Shown here one piece after another: positions 38,588-48,481 of a stretch of DNA of 64,000 bases (positions are counted from its first letter, which is position 1; each line of letters begins with the position of its first letter). The stretch comes from a virus. Taxonomy: Duplodnaviria; Caudoviricetes. Location of the stretch: the IMG/VR virus record IMGVR_UViG_3300033068_001747; one strand, written 5' to 3'. The notes under the pieces were generated by a model. It saw nothing but the letters and a program-made list of their open reading frames with translations. It did not search any database and was not told the DNA's origin. The translations under genes and the position numbers were made by a program.

Positions 38588-40018
38588 TTATCTAAATTCT
38601 TCACAATCTGGACAAGTGATTTCCTCATCACCATCACATTTTGAACAGGTTTTCTTACCTTCTCCACCACAAGTTGTGCATTCACTACCATCAATCTCTC
38701 CATCTCCATTACATTCGATACAAACTTCTTCACCGTCACCGTTACAAGTAGGACATTCTATAACTTCTCTATCATTACAAGTTCTACAATCTGAATGACT
38801 CCACTCACCATCTGTATCTTCTAAATAATAAAAGAATCCAGTATCTTGTCTATTATTTGTTATAATTCCAGTTGCAGGATAGTAATACTTCATTGTGTCC
38901 ATATAAGGAAAGTTTTCATGACCTTTTCTCAATTGTATTTGACAATATAATCTTTCTTCTTTACCATCAGGTCCAACACCATTATAAGCAGAACCACTAT
39001 TATTATTTCCTTTATACCACCAACCATTATCTGAAGCATATTGTCTAAATAACTCAACATCAGAATCATTATTAGTATAAACTCTATCCATTACTTTTTT
39101 ACCGTCTAAACACTCCCAAAGAATAGCACGACCAACAATCATATCCTCATCTTCTACTGCTTTAAAAATAACTAATGAAACAGTATCATTATCTGTATAA
39201 GGTTCTAACCAACTTGAGTCGGCTTCAGCCATACAAGAGTTAGATAAAGTACCACTAGGATCATAATAATTATCATATTGATATTTATCATATATTTCTC
39301 TACCAGTAACCTCAGCAAATAAAGAGAATTTATCATTAAATTTATCTACTTGTGCTTTATATAAGTTTACAAAGATTTCAATATCTCTAGCAGTAAATTT
39401 TGCAGTATCATCATCTTTAGCAGCTAACGCTAAAAGCGCATTCATTGATCTACCAACTCTAACATCTTGACGATTTTTTGACCAAACTAATTTGTGTCTA
39501 TCATCTACTGGTCTTAATTTTTCTAAATTGAAAACACCTTGACCACCACTAGGGAATTTTAACCAAACCCAAGTTTTACCAGATTTTTCAGAAACTATTT
39601 TTTCAACAACCTCACCAACTTCTGTTGATGCTGGTCTGTAAACATCTCCTTCTGGAACATATCCTAATCTTGCAAATATTTTAGTATTAGCCTCACCGTG
39701 TGTTAGCCAACCACCATTATTACCAACAAAACGATATAGTTCTTTTGGATCATTTAAAATTTCTTGTGCTTTTCTATCTGGTGTAAAGAAAACATAATCA
39801 TTTCTCTTTGGATCTATATCAAAGTAGTTAGCAACTACAGGTAAATCTTTTTTCTCTAAATCTAAAATCTTCTTAGCAACTGGATTATCTATCTTACCTA
39901 ATACTTTTTTAAAGTTATCCGAAAACATAACATCAGATTCCAAAAGCATTTCAATCAACTGAGACTCTGTTATCAAATCATGTGATTCTGTTATAAAATC
40001 AATATATTTTTTTAACAT
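38588..40018 (-). CDS. Paralog family B, 6 CxxC motifs
   Basis: NSCMA, GRAILW, MDRVY, FPYMDTMKYY; CxxCxGxG repeats. Confidence 0.75.
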   Translation of the reverse strand: MLKKYIDFITESHDLITESQLIEMLLESDVMFSDNFKKVLGKIDNPVAKKILDLEKKDLPVVANYFDIDPKRNDYVFFTPDRKAQEILNDPKELYRFVGNNGGWLTHGEANTKIFARLGYVPEGDVYRPASTEVGEVVEKIVSEKSGKTWVWLKFPSGGQGVFNLEKLRPVDDRHKLVWSKNRQDVRVGRSMNALLALAAKDDDTAKFTARDIEIFVNLYKAQVDKFNDKFSLFAEVTGREIYDKYQYDNYYDPSGTLSNSCMAEADSSWLEPYTDNDTVSLVIFKAVEDEDMIVGRAILWECLDGKKVMDRVYTNNDSDVELFRQYASDNGWWYKGNNNSGSAYNGVGPDGKEERLYCQIQLRKGHENFPYMDTMKYYYPATGIITNNRQDTGFFYYLEDTDGEWSHSDCRTCNDREVIECPTCNGDGEEVCIECNGDGEIDGSECTTCGGEGKKTCSKCDGDEEITCPDCEEFR

Positions 40019-40079
40019 TATTATAATATAATTTTTTAGTATATATTATTATTTCATTCTCAAAAATCTACTTTTAACG

Positions 40080-40106
40080 AAAAACCCATCTATTAAGATG
40101 GGTTTG
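40080..40106. terminator. Intrinsic terminator
   Basis: aaaacccatct-atta-agatgggttt. Confidence 0.65.
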
Positions 40107-40335
40107 TAAATATTGCTCTTATTTTTCTCTTTCTAATAACTTGCCTAGAAAGTTTATAGTAATTTTTCTGAATACCAGAATATAAAGAAGTAAAGTCCAA
40201 ATTGATAGGTTCAACACCGGATGAATAACCACCAGATACTAAACTTCCAGTAAGACGAGGTTTCTGAGTGGTAACTACTCTGTTACGACGAGCTTCTAAT
40301 AAATCCTGATATATCTTTTCTAATTCTTCTTCCAT
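40093..40335 (-). CDS. Small hypothetical protein, variant C-terminal motif
   Basis: IRKRKIRAIF near the C-terminus. Confidence 0.55.
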   Translation of the reverse strand: MEEELEKIYQDLLEARRNRVVTTQKPRLTGSLVSGGYSSGVEPINLDFTSLYSGIQKNYYKLSRQVIRKRKIRAIFTNPS

Positions 40336-41045
40336 TACTTCGTAGTTGCTCTTCTAAATAAACTTAACATTAAGTTATATGTTATTTTAAATTCTAAGTT
40401 TAAAGAGTCCCAATCCCACTTACAATCTTTTCTTTGATAAGCAGGTAATGCTTGATATGTTAGTTTACTCCAAATAAAATTAGCCGCAGTAAAGTCAGTT
40501 ATTCTACCATATCTTGCGATTTGTGCAGCAAACATAGGTATTCTGATTGAATGATAAAATGATTTAATCGCAGTACGATATTCATCTTCAATCAATAATT
40601 TTTTCTTACATTTTACCCAAGAGTTAGAACTAACGTGTGAGGTTGCATGTCTTAACTTAGCTAAATTTATTTTGAAATCAAACTTTTTATCTTCTTTTAA
40701 CTTAGCCCAATCTGGTGCAAAAATACACTCAAGATTATTCATACGATGCCATTCTAAATCTTTCTTAAATCTATCTGGAGTATAAATGTGAATATTATAT
40801 CGAATAGTACGAGTCTGTAAATTATATGAAAACTCGTCTTGTACGGTCTTCTTTAATTCAATTGCTTCAACCGAATTATTAGCAACCATTATAATATCCC
40901 AATCAGATGCAGCGTCATAAGTACCATATACTTGTGAACCAAAGATATAAACATTGAATACACGACTTGGATGTATCTCAGCAATTTTTATAATATCTTC
41001 TACTTTAGGAACCCATCTAAAGGTTGCGGGTAATAACTTTACCAT
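40335..41045 (-). CDS. Pol-beta-family (minimal-type) nucleotidyltransferase with helical C-domain
   Basis: IFGSQVYGT...SDWDII; KSFYHSIRI. Confidence 0.75.
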   Translation of the reverse strand: MVKLLPATFRWVPKVEDIIKIAEIHPSRVFNVYIFGSQVYGTYDAASDWDIIMVANNSVEAIELKKTVQDEFSYNLQTRTIRYNIHIYTPDRFKKDLEWHRMNNLECIFAPDWAKLKEDKKFDFKINLAKLRHATSHVSSNSWVKCKKKLLIEDEYRTAIKSFYHSIRIPMFAAQIARYGRITDFTAANFIWSKLTYQALPAYQRKDCKWDWDSLNLEFKITYNLMLSLFRRATTK

Positions 41046-41050
41046 ATTTT

Positions 41051-41584
41051 TTATTTTAATAATTTATTTAATTTTTCTTCTCTTATTTGTGATACTGTCA
41101 TAAAGTAATCTTTAACATCTAACCAAAATACTTGTATAATAACAGTCCCGAAGTCTTCAATATCATTTAACTTTAATTTAATTATCCAATCATCATTTAA
41201 CTCTTCTATACCAATTACATCAAACTCAGATCCTTTATCAATATTTTGAACAAATTTTTGATGTATGTAATTTTTACTATTTACAACTTTATTAAAATCA
41301 TACTTGAAATCTTTCTGTGCTATAATAATTTCACCTATAATTGGTAGTGTATATAAGCTTTTATCAAATTTCCATTGACCACCCAAAATTTTTGTCTTTA
41401 CAAAAACTACCCACATAAAAATTAAAAATATTCCACCAATACCAAAAAATATCGTTGAGGTAAATTGTATCATAACGGCAGATAGTCCTACTAGTAAAAG
41501 AACTAATAGAACTCTATTATCTTTAGATAACCACCTATCAAATAAATATATTTTGTTTTTTAACATGCTAGATATAAAGTACAT
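41051..41584 (-). CDS. Two-TM membrane protein with C-terminal RD-motif
   Basis: Two hydrophobic helices; ends IREEKLNKLLK. Confidence 0.65.
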   Translation of the reverse strand: MYFISSMLKNKIYLFDRWLSKDNRVLLVLLLVGLSAVMIQFTSTIFFGIGGIFLIFMWVVFVKTKILGGQWKFDKSLYTLPIIGEIIIAQKDFKYDFNKVVNSKNYIHQKFVQNIDKGSEFDVIGIEELNDDWIIKLKLNDIEDFGTVIIQVFWLDVKDYFMTVSQIREEKLNKLLK

Positions 41585-41937
41585 TCGTTACTATTTAAAA
41601 CCTTATTTATTTGTTCTTCTCTCCTATAAGCTCTCATTTTATCAATAATCATTTGATAATATGAAAGTAATTCACTTCTTAAATCTTCACTTCTAAATCT
41701 ACTACGTTTAATATAACCTAATTCATCAATTATATCTTGATAGGTCATAATAGGTTTAGTAGGATTATCAGTAAGTAAAACTATACTACGACTGTTTGGG
41801 TCTGAATATATTGTAGTTAAATCTTCACATAATATATCATTCACCACTTTCGACTGTCGTAAACGTGGTCTATCATAAGGGGGTACTATCTCTTCTAATA
41901 ACTTAAAGGCGGAGCCATGTCGATGTATAATTTCCAT
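41560..41937 (-). CDS. Hypothetical protein with C-terminal RD-motif
   Basis: RREEQINKVLN; TATCTTTG ends 4 nt before the ATG. Confidence 0.65.
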   Translation of the reverse strand: MEIIHRHGSAFKLLEEIVPPYDRPRLRQSKVVNDILCEDLTTIYSDPNSRSIVLLTDNPTKPIMTYQDIIDELGYIKRSRFRSEDLRSELLSYYQMIIDKMRAYRREEQINKVLNSNECTLYLAC

Positions 41938-41941
41938 TTAA

Positions 41942-41949
41942 CAAAGATA
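41942..41949 (-). promoter_or_regulatory. TAnnTTTG promoter, likely leaderless mRNA
   Basis: TATCTTTG followed by 4 nt and then ATG. Confidence 0.6.
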
Positions 41950-41996
41950 GTGTATTTTTTTTTATTTATTTAATTTTTTGTTTCAATTATTTTTTG

Positions 41997-42004
41997 TACT
42001 TTTG
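41997..42004 (+). promoter_or_regulatory. TAnnTTTG (TACTTTTG) promoter for the tRNA
   Basis: Upstream of the tRNA; a TATATA element also lies at about 42027. Confidence 0.5.
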
Positions 42005-42041
42005 TAAAACAAATAAGAAATCTACTATATATAGTAGTAAC

Positions 42042-42117
42042 GGTCTCATAGCTCAGGGGTCAGAGCGTCGGTCTCATAAACCGGGGGTCGTAGGTTCAAA
42101 TCCTACTGGGACCACCA
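42042..42117 (+). tRNA. tRNA with CAU anticodon (elongator Met or Ile2), CCA encoded
   Basis: GGTCTCA/TGGGACC acceptor, GCTC/GAGC D stem, TCGGT-CTCATAA-ACCGG anticodon arm, GTAGG-TTCAAAT-CCTAC T arm, ACCA end. Confidence 0.93.
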
Positions 42118-42138
42118 ATAAAAAATAAAAATGTTACA

Positions 42139-42477
42139 ATGGAATTAAATGATATTAAAAAAGATTTGTATAAATCTAAAGCAATGGCAAAATTTTCGCA
42201 CTATGTTAGTGGTAACCTTTACTATACAGTAGAGTTATCTGACGGTGTTTACCAATTTCCTATTGCAACAGTTGAAACTTCATTAGAGTATATACACCCT
42301 GAAAATCAAGGTGTATATGACGATGAACCAACAATCGAAACATTACAGTTATCTTCTGACTTAGGTACAACTACTTTTGAAGTTGAAATGAAAGGTTCTG
42401 ATTTAAACAGGTGGATCGCCAAAGCTGTAAGTAATGGTGAATTTACTAAAATTCGTGAAGTTGTGGTTACTGAGTAA
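42139..42477 (+). CDS. Hypothetical protein
   Basis: ORF between the tRNA and a terminator. Confidence 0.65.
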   Translation: MELNDIKKDLYKSKAMAKFSHYVSGNLYYTVELSDGVYQFPIATVETSLEYIHPENQGVYDDEPTIETLQLSSDLGTTTFEVEMKGSDLNRWIAKAVSNGEFTKIREVVVTE

Positions 42478-42500
42478 TACAACTTTACTTATTGTATATG

Positions 42501-42529
42501 ACCCTTACTTGAAAAAGTAAGGGTTTTTT
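42501..42529 (+). terminator. Intrinsic terminator
   Basis: acccttactt-gaaa-aagtaagggtttttt. Confidence 0.8.
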
Positions 42530-42555
42530 AATAACAAAAAATTAAATCAGAAAAA

Positions 42556-43734
42556 ATGAAAATAGATATAAATAAAATAAAAACAACACCATCAGAATTA
42601 GGATTCAACTTCTGTGTATTCGGAAAACCATCTGATGAAATTATAAATTGGTGCAATCACTGGAATTTAAAAATGGAAGATTCTGGTAAATACACAAATA
42701 TTATCTTAAATGATGATACTAAAATCTCTGAAATATTTAATCAACCTAATAAATATGATTATATAGATGGTTTTAGTCCAAACTTAAATAAGCATTTACA
42801 CGTTGGACATTTCTCTAACCTTGTACTAGCTAATGCTTTTCAAAAATTAGGACTAGGAAGTAAGTTTATTGCAATTTTTGGAGATACATTAGAAGGTTCA
42901 GTTCAAAAAGATGATGCTTTAAAATCATATTTTGAATATTGTAAAAACTTTAACTATAATGTAGATGAAATATTCTTTGCATCAGAAATGAAATTAAAAG
43001 ATGAAAGTTTATTAAAAGAAGGTGAAGGTACATACGAAGGTTCTAAAATATTCGATTTAGCAGACGAAAAATTAGTTGGTATAAAAAGTACTGGTTCTAC
43101 ATCTTACTTTTATCAAGATGTTGCTTTAGCAAGTAAATTAAACTCTTCTACATTGTATTTGACCGGTGCAGAACAAGATAATCATTTTAAATCGTTGAAG
43201 AAATTATTCCCAAAAACAAATCACATTGGTTTAGGTTTAGTTCAATTAGACGGTAAAAAAATGTCAAGTAGTGAAGGTAATGTTATTTACATGACCGAAT
43301 TTATAAATAGTTTACTACCATTATTCAATAATGATATAAAGTTAGTTTATAATATTATTGCTGGTCAAATACTTAAATCCAACACAACTTCAAGTAAGTC
43401 AATAGATACAAAGTTGATTGGTAATCCAAAATTATCTTTAGGTTTATATTTAAGTTATACTATGGCACATATTAAAAGCTGTGGTGTTGAAGTACAAGAA
43501 AAACAAGATTTTTATTCTAAACAACTAGAGTTTGCAGAGTTAAAAGCTAAATCTAATTTATCACCAAATATATTATTTGATGCTCTAATAAATCACTGTA
43601 AAAATATAAACAAGTTGTACGAAGTTTTGTACATAAAAGATAATGAAACAAATAAAAAGTTATTCTCTGACTTATTGACAGATTTACATATAGGTATGAA
43701 GAAAATTGGATTATTTCCAGTTGATAAAGTATAA
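42556..43734 (+). CDS. argS: Shortened arginyl-tRNA synthetase-like protein
   Basis: SPNLNKHLHVGH, KSTGSTSYFYQD, YLTGAEQDNHF, GKKMSSSEGNVI, GLYLSYTMAHIKS. Confidence 0.8.
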   Translation: MKIDINKIKTTPSELGFNFCVFGKPSDEIINWCNHWNLKMEDSGKYTNIILNDDTKISEIFNQPNKYDYIDGFSPNLNKHLHVGHFSNLVLANAFQKLGLGSKFIAIFGDTLEGSVQKDDALKSYFEYCKNFNYNVDEIFFASEMKLKDESLLKEGEGTYEGSKIFDLADEKLVGIKSTGSTSYFYQDVALASKLNSSTLYLTGAEQDNHFKSLKKLFPKTNHIGLGLVQLDGKKMSSSEGNVIYMTEFINSLLPLFNNDIKLVYNIIAGQILKSNTTSSKSIDTKLIGNPKLSLGLYLSYTMAHIKSCGVEVQEKQDFYSKQLEFAELKAKSNLSPNILFDALINHCKNINKLYEVLYIKDNETNKKLFSDLLTDLHIGMKKIGLFPVDKV

Positions 43735-43761
43735 AAAAAGTCCTTGAAAAAGGACTTTTTT
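43733..43761. terminator. Bidirectional intrinsic terminator
   Basis: aaaaaaagtcctt-gaaa-aaggactttttt. Confidence 0.8.
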
Positions 43762-44266
43762 ATTTTATTTTTATATTTTCAAGGTCTTTGATAATATCAT
43801 CAATATACTTATTGTATTTTGTTGCATTTACATTTCTTTTTATAGAACTCTCAAAGAAATCTATTATACCTTCAACTTGTGAAGATATTTCTTCTGTTTT
43901 TTCTGATATATAAGGCATTCTAATATCTTCTCTTTCATAACTATCAAAAAATTCAGGGAATCTTTCAATAACTTTTTTTGCTGTTTCTTCTTCTTTACCT
44001 GGTTCACACTTAACTAAAAATCCTCTATCATAAGGTTCACCTATCAATTTAAGACCTAATCTTCTTAGTAATTTTTCAGCAAAGTCATAATCAACATCAC
44101 GACCTTCAGACCAGATAATTATTTCACCTTTTTGATATATTGGTGATCTTAATGACATAGTTTCTAAATTAGTAACGTCAATTGTTTCATCAGTATTTCG
44201 GGTTCTATAATCTGAACCACTTTGGTGAGCCGGAACGATACCTTCAAATAATTTTATGTATTTCAT
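43760..44266 (-). CDS. Tagged protein with a subtilase-prodomain/I9-like segment
   Basis: MKYIKLFEG; YQKGEIIIW...FLVKCEPGKEEE...YERE. Confidence 0.55.
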   Translation of the reverse strand: MKYIKLFEGIVPAHQSGSDYRTRNTDETIDVTNLETMSLRSPIYQKGEIIIWSEGRDVDYDFAEKLLRRLGLKLIGEPYDRGFLVKCEPGKEEETAKKVIERFPEFFDSYEREDIRMPYISEKTEEISSQVEGIIDFFESSIKRNVNATKYNKYIDDIIKDLENIKIK

Positions 44267-44352
44267 AACTTATATATTAAATTAAATTTCTCAAAATATA
44301 TATTATTAGTTGTTATATATCATGATGTTGCATGAAAATCAATATATAAGTA

Positions 44353-44595
44353 ATGTGGTATGTTTATATAGTAGAATGTAATGACTCAACTCTTTATACG
44401 GGTATTTCCAACAACGTGGAAAAAAGAATTGAAACTCATAATAAAAAGAAAGGTGCTAAGTACACAAAAACAAGAACACCTGTAAAATTAGTTTATCAAC
44501 AATCTTTTGAAACAAAATCTTTAGCATCAAAAGAAGAATGGAGAATCAAACAACTAACAAGAAATCAAAAAATTCTTTTAATAAACCAAAAATAG
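44353..44595 (+). CDS. Stand-alone GIY-YIG nuclease (UPF0213/YhbQ-like)
   Basis: WYVYIVEC.D.TLYTGIS...R...HN..KGAKYT. Confidence 0.88.
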   Translation: MWYVYIVECNDSTLYTGISNNVEKRIETHNKKKGAKYTKTRTPVKLVYQQSFETKSLASKEEWRIKQLTRNQKILLINQK

Positions 44596-44599
44596 TTTG

Positions 44600-44607
44600 T
44601 ATATTTG
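44600..44607 (+). promoter_or_regulatory. TATATTTG promoter, likely leaderless mRNA
   Basis: Ends 5 nt before ATG 44613. Confidence 0.6.
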
Positions 44608-44612
44608 CCATT

Positions 44613-45473
44613 ATGAAAACAATATTTCTGGACATAGATGGTGTATTAAACGTAGATTATGCAGATAGAGACCAATTTGGTCATATCTTCAGAGACGAGT
44701 ATGTCCAAAATTTAAAAGAAATTATTGAAAAAACTGGAGCCAAACTTGTTATATCTTCTACTTGGAAAGATAAAGGAATAGAACGAATGTTAGATTTATG
44801 GAAAGAACGTAATTTACCTGGTGAAATTATTGATATAACACCAGATTGTGTAGAAGTATGTGAGAACACTAACATAGTTTATTACGACCAAGTAAAACGA
44901 GGACATGAAATAAAACTTTGGTTAGATAGACACCCAGAAGTAACTCAGTATGTTATACTAGATGATATACAAGACTTTTTAGATGAACAACAAGTACATT
45001 TTGTAAATTGTTCAACAGGAGAACCTGTAAAACCTTGGAAATTAGGAATACCAGGATTAAAAGAAGAATGTAAAATTAAAGCAATAAATATATTAAACAT
45101 GAAAGATAAAATCGAATTCGCAGAATTTTTAGATATCCAATCAAAATTGGAAATCAAAGTAGGTGTTATTAAAACAGTAACAGATGTACCTAAATCAGAT
45201 AAACTTATCAAATTAGAAGTTGATTTTGGGGAAGATGAATTAAGAACTGTTGTAACAAACATTAAACCTTCATTAGGTGAATACTACGTAGAACAACTAA
45301 CTGGTGCAAGTTTACCATTCGTAACTAACTTAAAACCTGCTAAAATGATGGGTATTGAGTCAACTGCTATGATTATGCCAGGATTTTACGAAAATACAAG
45401 TAAGGTACTTGACTGGACAGGTAAATTATCTTTATCTACTATTGATTCTAAACCAGGAACTTCAATTCTATAA
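44613..45473 (+). CDS. HAD_SAK_2-like phosphatase fused to a Trbp111/CsaA-type tRNA-binding OB domain
   Basis: FLDIDGVL, ISSTW, RGHEI..WL, YVILDD; then LEIKVG...SDKLIKLEVDFGE...NLKPAKMMGIESTAM. Confidence 0.8.
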   Translation: MKTIFLDIDGVLNVDYADRDQFGHIFRDEYVQNLKEIIEKTGAKLVISSTWKDKGIERMLDLWKERNLPGEIIDITPDCVEVCENTNIVYYDQVKRGHEIKLWLDRHPEVTQYVILDDIQDFLDEQQVHFVNCSTGEPVKPWKLGIPGLKEECKIKAINILNMKDKIEFAEFLDIQSKLEIKVGVIKTVTDVPKSDKLIKLEVDFGEDELRTVVTNIKPSLGEYYVEQLTGASLPFVTNLKPAKMMGIESTAMIMPGFYENTSKVLDWTGKLSLSTIDSKPGTSIL

Positions 45474-45838
45474 TGAAATTAGTTAAAGTAGGAGATTTAA
45501 TTCATAATCACCTCGGTAGAAAGCCTACCGAGGTTTCCTATGTTATGGTAGATACAGAAAATAAATACTATAAAAAAATACTAAATAATAAAGAATTTGT
45601 AGATAAATATTCTATACAGAAATGTAAAGGTATTGTAAATCAAGAACCAGCTACTGTAGATTTATTAGAAATAGATCAAATAGTTACAAGCAACCAAAAT
45701 GCAGGATTTATATCTTTACAAAAGACATCAAAAATTATTGAGATTATTGATAATCTAATTATTACAGACACAAACCTTTTTATAGTTGATGATATAAGTT
45801 TCTATAGAGATAAAATTTTAACTAAATTAGGAATATGA
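45473..45838 (+). CDS. Hypothetical protein with C-terminal RD-motif
   Basis: Ends YRDKILTKLGI. Confidence 0.65.
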   Translation: MKLVKVGDLIHNHLGRKPTEVSYVMVDTENKYYKKILNNKEFVDKYSIQKCKGIVNQEPATVDLLEIDQIVTSNQNAGFISLQKTSKIIEIIDNLIITDTNLFIVDDISFYRDKILTKLGI

Positions 45839-46224
45839 TAAAAACACAAACAGGGTATATAAGTTATGACCAGGTATCATTTATTGTACCGGCATATAGT
45901 AAACTCTTAAATATACTATATGCAAATTCACAATATACAATTTTATATGAATATGACCCAGAACAAACTGAAACTAAAACATTTGTAATACAACCTTGGG
46001 TAGATCATGATGGTACAAGTATGTACTATCCACCATATGGATTTAATTATTGGGGAACTATAACATATACAGAACCAATACTATCTTCACACACACAAGG
46101 TATGGGTTCAAATACAAATATGACATTAAATTTGATCAATAATACAAATTTTTTTCATATCTTTGTACAAGAAATTTTATCTACTGCAGAAATGAGAGAT
46201 AAAAAAATTGAAGAAATAATTTAA
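45835..46224 (+). CDS. Hypothetical protein with C-terminal RD-motif
   Basis: Ends MRDKKIEEII. Confidence 0.65.
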   Translation: MIKTQTGYISYDQVSFIVPAYSKLLNILYANSQYTILYEYDPEQTETKTFVIQPWVDHDGTSMYYPPYGFNYWGTITYTEPILSSHTQGMGSNTNMTLNLINNTNFFHIFVQEILSTAEMRDKKIEEII

Positions 46225-46255
46225 AGGTAGATATGTTACTTTTATATATAGTAGT

Positions 46256-47032
46256 ATGAAAGAAAATATCAAAATTGATATAAACAATAAATACTTTTGT
46301 TATATATTAGGATTACTATGGGGAGATGGATACCTCTACAAAGGAAGAGTTGGTATATCAATGATTTCAGAAGATTTAGACCCTCTAGTAAGCATTTTTA
46401 GTCATATAGGAGATTGGAAAATATGTAAGTCTTCAAGAAAAGACTATAAAGAACAAACAACTCTTAGAGTCTCAGATAAGAAACTGTATACTTTTTTAAC
46501 TAGTATGGATTTTGATATAAAGTCAAAAACATCACCAAATAAAATTTTAAATATAATAGAAGAACATAACTTTAAATATTTTTTAAGGGGATTTTTTGAT
46601 GCAGATGGTTGTTTCTATATAAACAAGAATACTAGACAATGTATAATTACATCAAACTATTCACAAAACTGGGACTTTTTATCTAATTTTTACTCTAGTA
46701 AAGGATGGAAACACTCAATAGGTAAACAAATTAGTAAAACAGGAAGCAGATCATTTATTAGAATAACAAATAAAGATATATTAAAATTTGGAAACTTTAT
46801 ATATAATGGTGACCCCTTTGGAATAGAAAGAAAATATAACAAGTTTATAGATATAGAAAAATCATATATTAAAAAAAATAGAGTAGGACATAATAAAAAA
46901 TCTATTTATATAGAGGATATTCAATATGATAGTATATCAGAGGCAGTCTTACTAACAGGTATAAATAGAGAAGTTATAAGATATAGATTAAAATCAAAAA
47001 AATTTAATTATAGATACAATGAAGAAATTTAG
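46256..47032 (+). mobile_element. Free-standing double-motif LAGLIDADG homing endonuclease with C-terminal HTH
   Basis: YILGLLWGDG and FLRGFFDADG; C-terminal YDSISEAVLLTGI...IRYRL. Confidence 0.85.
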
Positions 47033-47483
47033 TTTAATAAATGAATCAAAATCAAAATTTAGCATAGGTATTGACATACACGGTGTTATCGATGCACTTC
47101 CAGAATTCTTTGCCTTTTTAGCAGACTCTGTTATAAAAAATGGTGGCGATGTACACATCATAACTGGAGGCGAGTGGAACGATAAACTTGAAAAACAATT
47201 AGGTAATATAAACTATACACATAAATTTTCAGTTTATGATCACTTATTAAAAACAGCAGAAACTTTAGGTGAAATCGAATTTCCTGATGGAACAATTCAA
47301 AAGAAATTTGATGATGTTCTATGGGATTCTACAAAAGCCGAATACTGTAAAGAAAATAATATCAATCTTCATATTGATGATACATTATGTTATAATGACT
47401 ACTTTACTACACCATTCGCTAGATTTTGGTCACATAATGGTAAACAAAAAGCATCACACAAAGATATTAGACATTTAGACTAA
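47019..47483 (+). CDS. HAD-like protein
   Basis: IGIDIHGVI, IITG, KAEYC, HIDD. Confidence 0.6.
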   Translation: MKKFSLINESKSKFSIGIDIHGVIDALPEFFAFLADSVIKNGGDVHIITGGEWNDKLEKQLGNINYTHKFSVYDHLLKTAETLGEIEFPDGTIQKKFDDVLWDSTKAEYCKENNINLHIDDTLCYNDYFTTPFARFWSHNGKQKASHKDIRHLD

Positions 47484-47508
47484 ACATTTTTTAATTCTTC
47501 TATATAAT
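47481..47508 (+). promoter_or_regulatory. TAAAC-N17-TATAAT promoter
   Basis: TAAAC at 47481-85, TATAAT at 47503-08, ATG at 47513. Confidence 0.5.
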
Positions 47509-47512
47509 TCAC

Positions 47513-48481
47513 ATGGAAGAATTAAAAATTATAAGTCTATTCTCTGGATATGGTACCCAAGAATTAGCATTAAAGTATAGTGGTATTAAATACCGTAATG
47601 TTGCAAACTGTGACATTCTTAAATCAGCAAACGAAGCTTATGACTCTTTACACACTACCGAAGAAGGTAATTTAGGAGACATTTCAAAAGTTGATGAAAA
47701 AACATTTCCTCATTGTGATTTTTTAACATACTCTTTCCCTTGTCAAGATATATCTATATCTGGTGTACAACGTGGTATTGAAAGAGGAACTCGAAGTGGT
47801 TTGTTATACGAAGTTGAAAGAATCGTAGAACATAATAAGCCAAAATTCCTTTTAATGGAAAATGTTAAAAATCTAGTTTCAAAAAATCATATCAAAAAAT
47901 TTAATGATTATATTGACAAACTTAACTCTTTAGGTTATGGTTCTGCTTGGATGGTACTTAACGGTGCTGACTTTGGATGTCCTCAAAACCGTGAGAGAGT
48001 TTTTATGTTTTCAGTATTAGGTGAAACCTCTTTAGAAGTTTCTAATAAAATGATGGGAGTTCACAATCATAAAAAATCTAGAGTTTCAATGAGACCATAT
48101 GTTGAAGAAACGGTAGATAATAGTTTATTTATCACACCACCTTATGAGATAAATACTCCTAAAGTAAGTTCTGTTTGTAAAATGGTGGCTAGAAGAAGTG
48201 ACTTAAAATACGACCAAGCTAGAAGAATTTACTCTATTGACGGTTGTTCACCTTGTTTAACTACATCAGGCTCACCACAAATTATGTTAGATGATAAAAG
48301 AATTAGAACTCTAACAGCTAGAGAAGGTTATCGTTTTATGGGAGTTAAAGATAATGATATAGATAAACTACTAACTACAAGTTTAACAACTAAACAACAT
48401 GTAGCTTTAGCAGGAAACTCAATATGTGTTCCAGTAATGCAAGCAATTTTTGAACAATTTTTCACAGATTATATGAATTAA
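47513..48481 (+). CDS. DNA (cytosine-5) methyltransferase
   Basis: LFSGYG, FPCQD, ENV, PQNRERVF, R.LT.RE..R.MG, AGNSI. Confidence 0.93.
   Translation: MEELKIISLFSGYGTQELALKYSGIKYRNVANCDILKSANEAYDSLHTTEEGNLGDISKVDEKTFPHCDFLTYSFPCQDISISGVQRGIERGTRSGLLYEVERIVEHNKPKFLLMENVKNLVSKNHIKKFNDYIDKLNSLGYGSAWMVLNGADFGCPQNRERVFMFSVLGETSLEVSNKMMGVHNHKKSRVSMRPYVEETVDNSLFITPPYEINTPKVSSVCKMVARRSDLKYDQARRIYSIDGCSPCLTTSGSPQIMLDDKRIRTLTAREGYRFMGVKDNDIDKLLTTSLTTKQHVALAGNSICVPVMQAIFEQFFTDYMN

Noticed and set aside
46256-47032. LAGLIDADG ORF as part of an intron or intein
   Set aside because: It has its own promoter-like box and ATG, the flanking genes are not halves of one gene, and there is no room for ribozyme structure.
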